Of a stretch of 57,244 nt of DNA, positions 55,449 through 57,244 are shown piece by piece. Position numbers and translations under genes: made by a program. The notes under the pieces are model-generated. The model was not told where the DNA came from and did not search any database. It was given only the letters and a program-made list of their open reading frames with translations. Position 1 is the stretch's first letter, and the number at the start of each line of letters is the position of its first letter. Location: positions 1 through 57,244 of the IMG/VR virus record IMGVR_UViG_3300044838_000003; one strand, written 5' to 3'. The DNA is from a virus. Lineage: Duplodnaviria; Caudoviricetes.

Positions 55449-55694
55449 ATGGCGTATTCGCCAGATAAGGTAACGATCGAGATCGAAGCGATCGTTGATC
55501 ATGTCCAGGAATTGCAGCACCGTAGCGATCGCTTGGCAGCGATCATGCAGCGTGCATCGCGAGGGTTGGACTTCTCGCTGTCTCAGCAAGAATTGACCAA
55601 AGGCTTCCCGAACAGCGAGTACTGGACCGGTAAGGTTGACGCCTACACGGCGTTACTCGAAACCGGGTTCGGCTTGACAAGCGATGAGAACTAG
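55449..55694 (+). CDS. Small early protein (81 aa)
   Basis: GAGG RBS; fills the gap before P4. Confidence 0.6.
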   Translation: MAYSPDKVTIEIEAIVDHVQELQHRSDRLAAIMQRASRGLDFSLSQQELTKGFPNSEYWTGKVDAYTALLETGFGLTSDEN

Positions 55695-55702
55695 GCTAGG
55701 TT
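55674..55702 (+). promoter_or_regulatory. SigA-type promoter P4 (TTGACA-17-TAGGTT), leaderless
   Basis: ATG 55709 lies 7 nt after the -10. Confidence 0.8.
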
Positions 55703-55708
55703 AGGGTT

Positions 55709-56287
55709 ATGAAATCACACACCGAAGCGTTGGCCCGCCAAGGGCTCACGATGAACCAGGTCCGCAACAACATCCGCGCATACCTCAACCACGCCTCACC
55801 CGAGGACATCAACGCCGGCATCGGCTGGTATGAGGACGCGATGAGTCTTGGCGAGTGGATGGCGAAGACGTGTCACGTCTCGCTGGACCACGCCGCCGTA
55901 GCTATCGCTCACCTGTCACCACGTACTCGCTGGTCTGAGAATGTGCGTCTCGCCAAAGACTTGGCCGAGACGGGTGACGCATTCGGCACGATCCGAGGTC
56001 ACGTTACTCGGGCCAAGGCGGCTCTGGCCGCTGACGACCCGTGGTCCACGTTCGGTAAGGCACCGAAGACACGATCCTTCGCGGCCAACATCCGCGGTGA
56101 CCTGTCGGCCGTTACGGTTGATGTTTGGGCATCGAGAATCGCAGGTGTCTCGGAACAACAGCTCGGAAGGGTTGGCGTCTACGAAGCCATCGCCCACGCT
56201 TACAGGCTTGAAGCACGCCGTGCAGGTATCCTACCCGCACAGCTCCAAGCAATCACATGGATAGTAATCAGAGGAGCAGCGAAGTAA
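55709..56287 (+). CDS. Conserved early phage protein (DUF7178-like, possible HhH/glycosylase-related fold)
   Basis: GWY, LSPRTRW..N, PKTRSF..NI, VTVDVWA, PAQLQAITW. Confidence 0.75.
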   Translation: MKSHTEALARQGLTMNQVRNNIRAYLNHASPEDINAGIGWYEDAMSLGEWMAKTCHVSLDHAAVAIAHLSPRTRWSENVRLAKDLAETGDAFGTIRGHVTRAKAALAADDPWSTFGKAPKTRSFAANIRGDLSAVTVDVWASRIAGVSEQQLGRVGVYEAIAHAYRLEARRAGILPAQLQAITWIVIRGAAK

Positions 56288-56457
56288 TGGCACGCACATA
56301 CCAAGGCATGAAAACCGATCGGGCTAATGCCCGCCGGCAGTTGGCCAACCTACGCACCACGAGGATTGACGCTAGACACGAGAGTGTGAGCGATGTCCTC
56401 TCGATTCACGATCGCTATATGCGAGAGGATTGGGACGATGAAACAGATAGCGCGTGA
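56287..56457 (+). CDS. Small hypothetical protein (56 aa)
   Basis: TAATG overlap; GAGGAG RBS. Confidence 0.55.
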   Translation: MARTYQGMKTDRANARRQLANLRTTRIDARHESVSDVLSIHDRYMREDWDDETDSA

Positions 56458-56539
56458 TACGCTGAAGTTCGTCGTCATGTTCACTTGGCCCTACTGGGTC
56501 GAACTACCACTATGGCTCTACAACGATGAGAATTGAGGA

Positions 56540-56881
56540 ATGACCGTGATTGAAGCACTGAGAGCGATAGACAGGCCGATCGTGATGGCATCCGAGCTTG
56601 CTCCGATCTTCGGGATTACTGCAGACGCGATGAAGTCGCGCTTGGATACCGCCCACGCCCGTGACGGCCTGACTCGTTTCAAGATGCCGTGGAACAATCA
56701 AGCCAAGTTCACCTGGACCTATTCGGTTGACGACGTGATCGCTGCCGTTGAGTCGGGGACTAGCGCGCTAACCCCTCGTAAGGCATCTCCCAAGCCTCCT
56801 GTCTCGGGAGTCACAGAACGCATCGAGCGTAAGCTTGACGCGATCCTACGTATCCACGGTATCAACCCGGAAGAGGTATGA
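56540..56881 (+). CDS. HTH DNA-binding protein
   Basis: MASELAPIFGITADAMKSRL HTH-like; W.YS..DV. Confidence 0.65.
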   Translation: MTVIEALRAIDRPIVMASELAPIFGITADAMKSRLDTAHARDGLTRFKMPWNNQAKFTWTYSVDDVIAAVESGTSALTPRKASPKPPVSGVTERIERKLDAILRIHGINPEEV

Positions 56882-57198
56882 TGAGTAAACTCAGCACAGC
56901 GGTCTATGTAGGCCTGGCTGCCGGCATTCTTGTCGGAGTGCCGTTGGCGATCGAGGGAACACCGATCGAGAACATCACCGAAGATAGTCCCGACTGGGAT
57001 TGCGTGATGGACGGTAACCACGTCTGCGGTCCAAACAACCCCCAGGGCAAGCCTGCCGCTTGTTACGACGACGGAGGGGTTATGGTCCAGGTTTGGCCGT
57101 GCAACCCCTGGGAGGCCGACATGGGCCATCGCCACGGTGATGGCACCACCACGTACCCGAACGGTGACGTGTTGACAGATGACGGTGAAGAGGCGTAA
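56878..57198 (+). CDS. Membrane-anchored Cys-containing protein
   Basis: N-terminal TM; EDSPDWDCVMDGNHVCG. Confidence 0.7.
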   Translation: MMSKLSTAVYVGLAAGILVGVPLAIEGTPIENITEDSPDWDCVMDGNHVCGPNNPQGKPAACYDDGGVMVQVWPCNPWEADMGHRHGDGTTTYPNGDVLTDDGEEA

Positions 57199-57244
57199 GG
57201 TATCACTCATGGCAAAACCAACACACCAGCGGATGGCGATGCTC
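57097..57244. repeat. Terminal direct repeat (assembly overlap), copy 2
   Basis: Matches 1-148. Confidence 0.95.

Overview
The window is an essentially complete, circularly permuted genome (about 57,096 bp after removing a 148-bp end overlap) of a siphovirus of Mycobacteriales, organised like L5/D29 (mycobacteriophage cluster A). A cluster-A-type cos sequence (CGGTCGGTTA, minus strand, 53843-53852) marks the true physical ends. The virion/lysis arm runs on the minus strand from about 53470 to 23769: HNH, TerS, a fibre module, tRNA-Trp and tRNA-Asn, LysA, LysB, TerL, portal, protease, scaffold, capsid, head-tail proteins, tail tube, frameshifted chaperones, tape measure, minor tails and a membrane-protein cluster. 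The early/replication arm runs on the plus strand from about 55030 through the junction to 23656: a split C5 methyltransferase, SprT, Cas4-like nuclease, helicase, PRTase, EndoVII, DnaQ, split primase, phosphoesterase, NrdJ, RNA ligase, Pol I and dCMP deaminase. The arms meet at a bidirectional terminator. I find no integrase, parAB, gp71-type repressor or stoperators, so it looks obligately lytic. Most unusual: (i) tandem SigA promoters at the right end driving highly structured non-coding RNAs with GNRA loops, a boxA-like site and tRNA-like T-loop modules; (ii) a Russian-doll nested triple domain insertion in the distal tail protein, with single copies of the same domain on the tail tube and capsid; (iii) a PE-PPE serine hydrolase fused to the tail hub protein; (iv) over-use of CTAG/GGTACC palindromes next to a two-ORF methyltransferase. 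All family assignments come from motif recognition and synteny, not from database searches.
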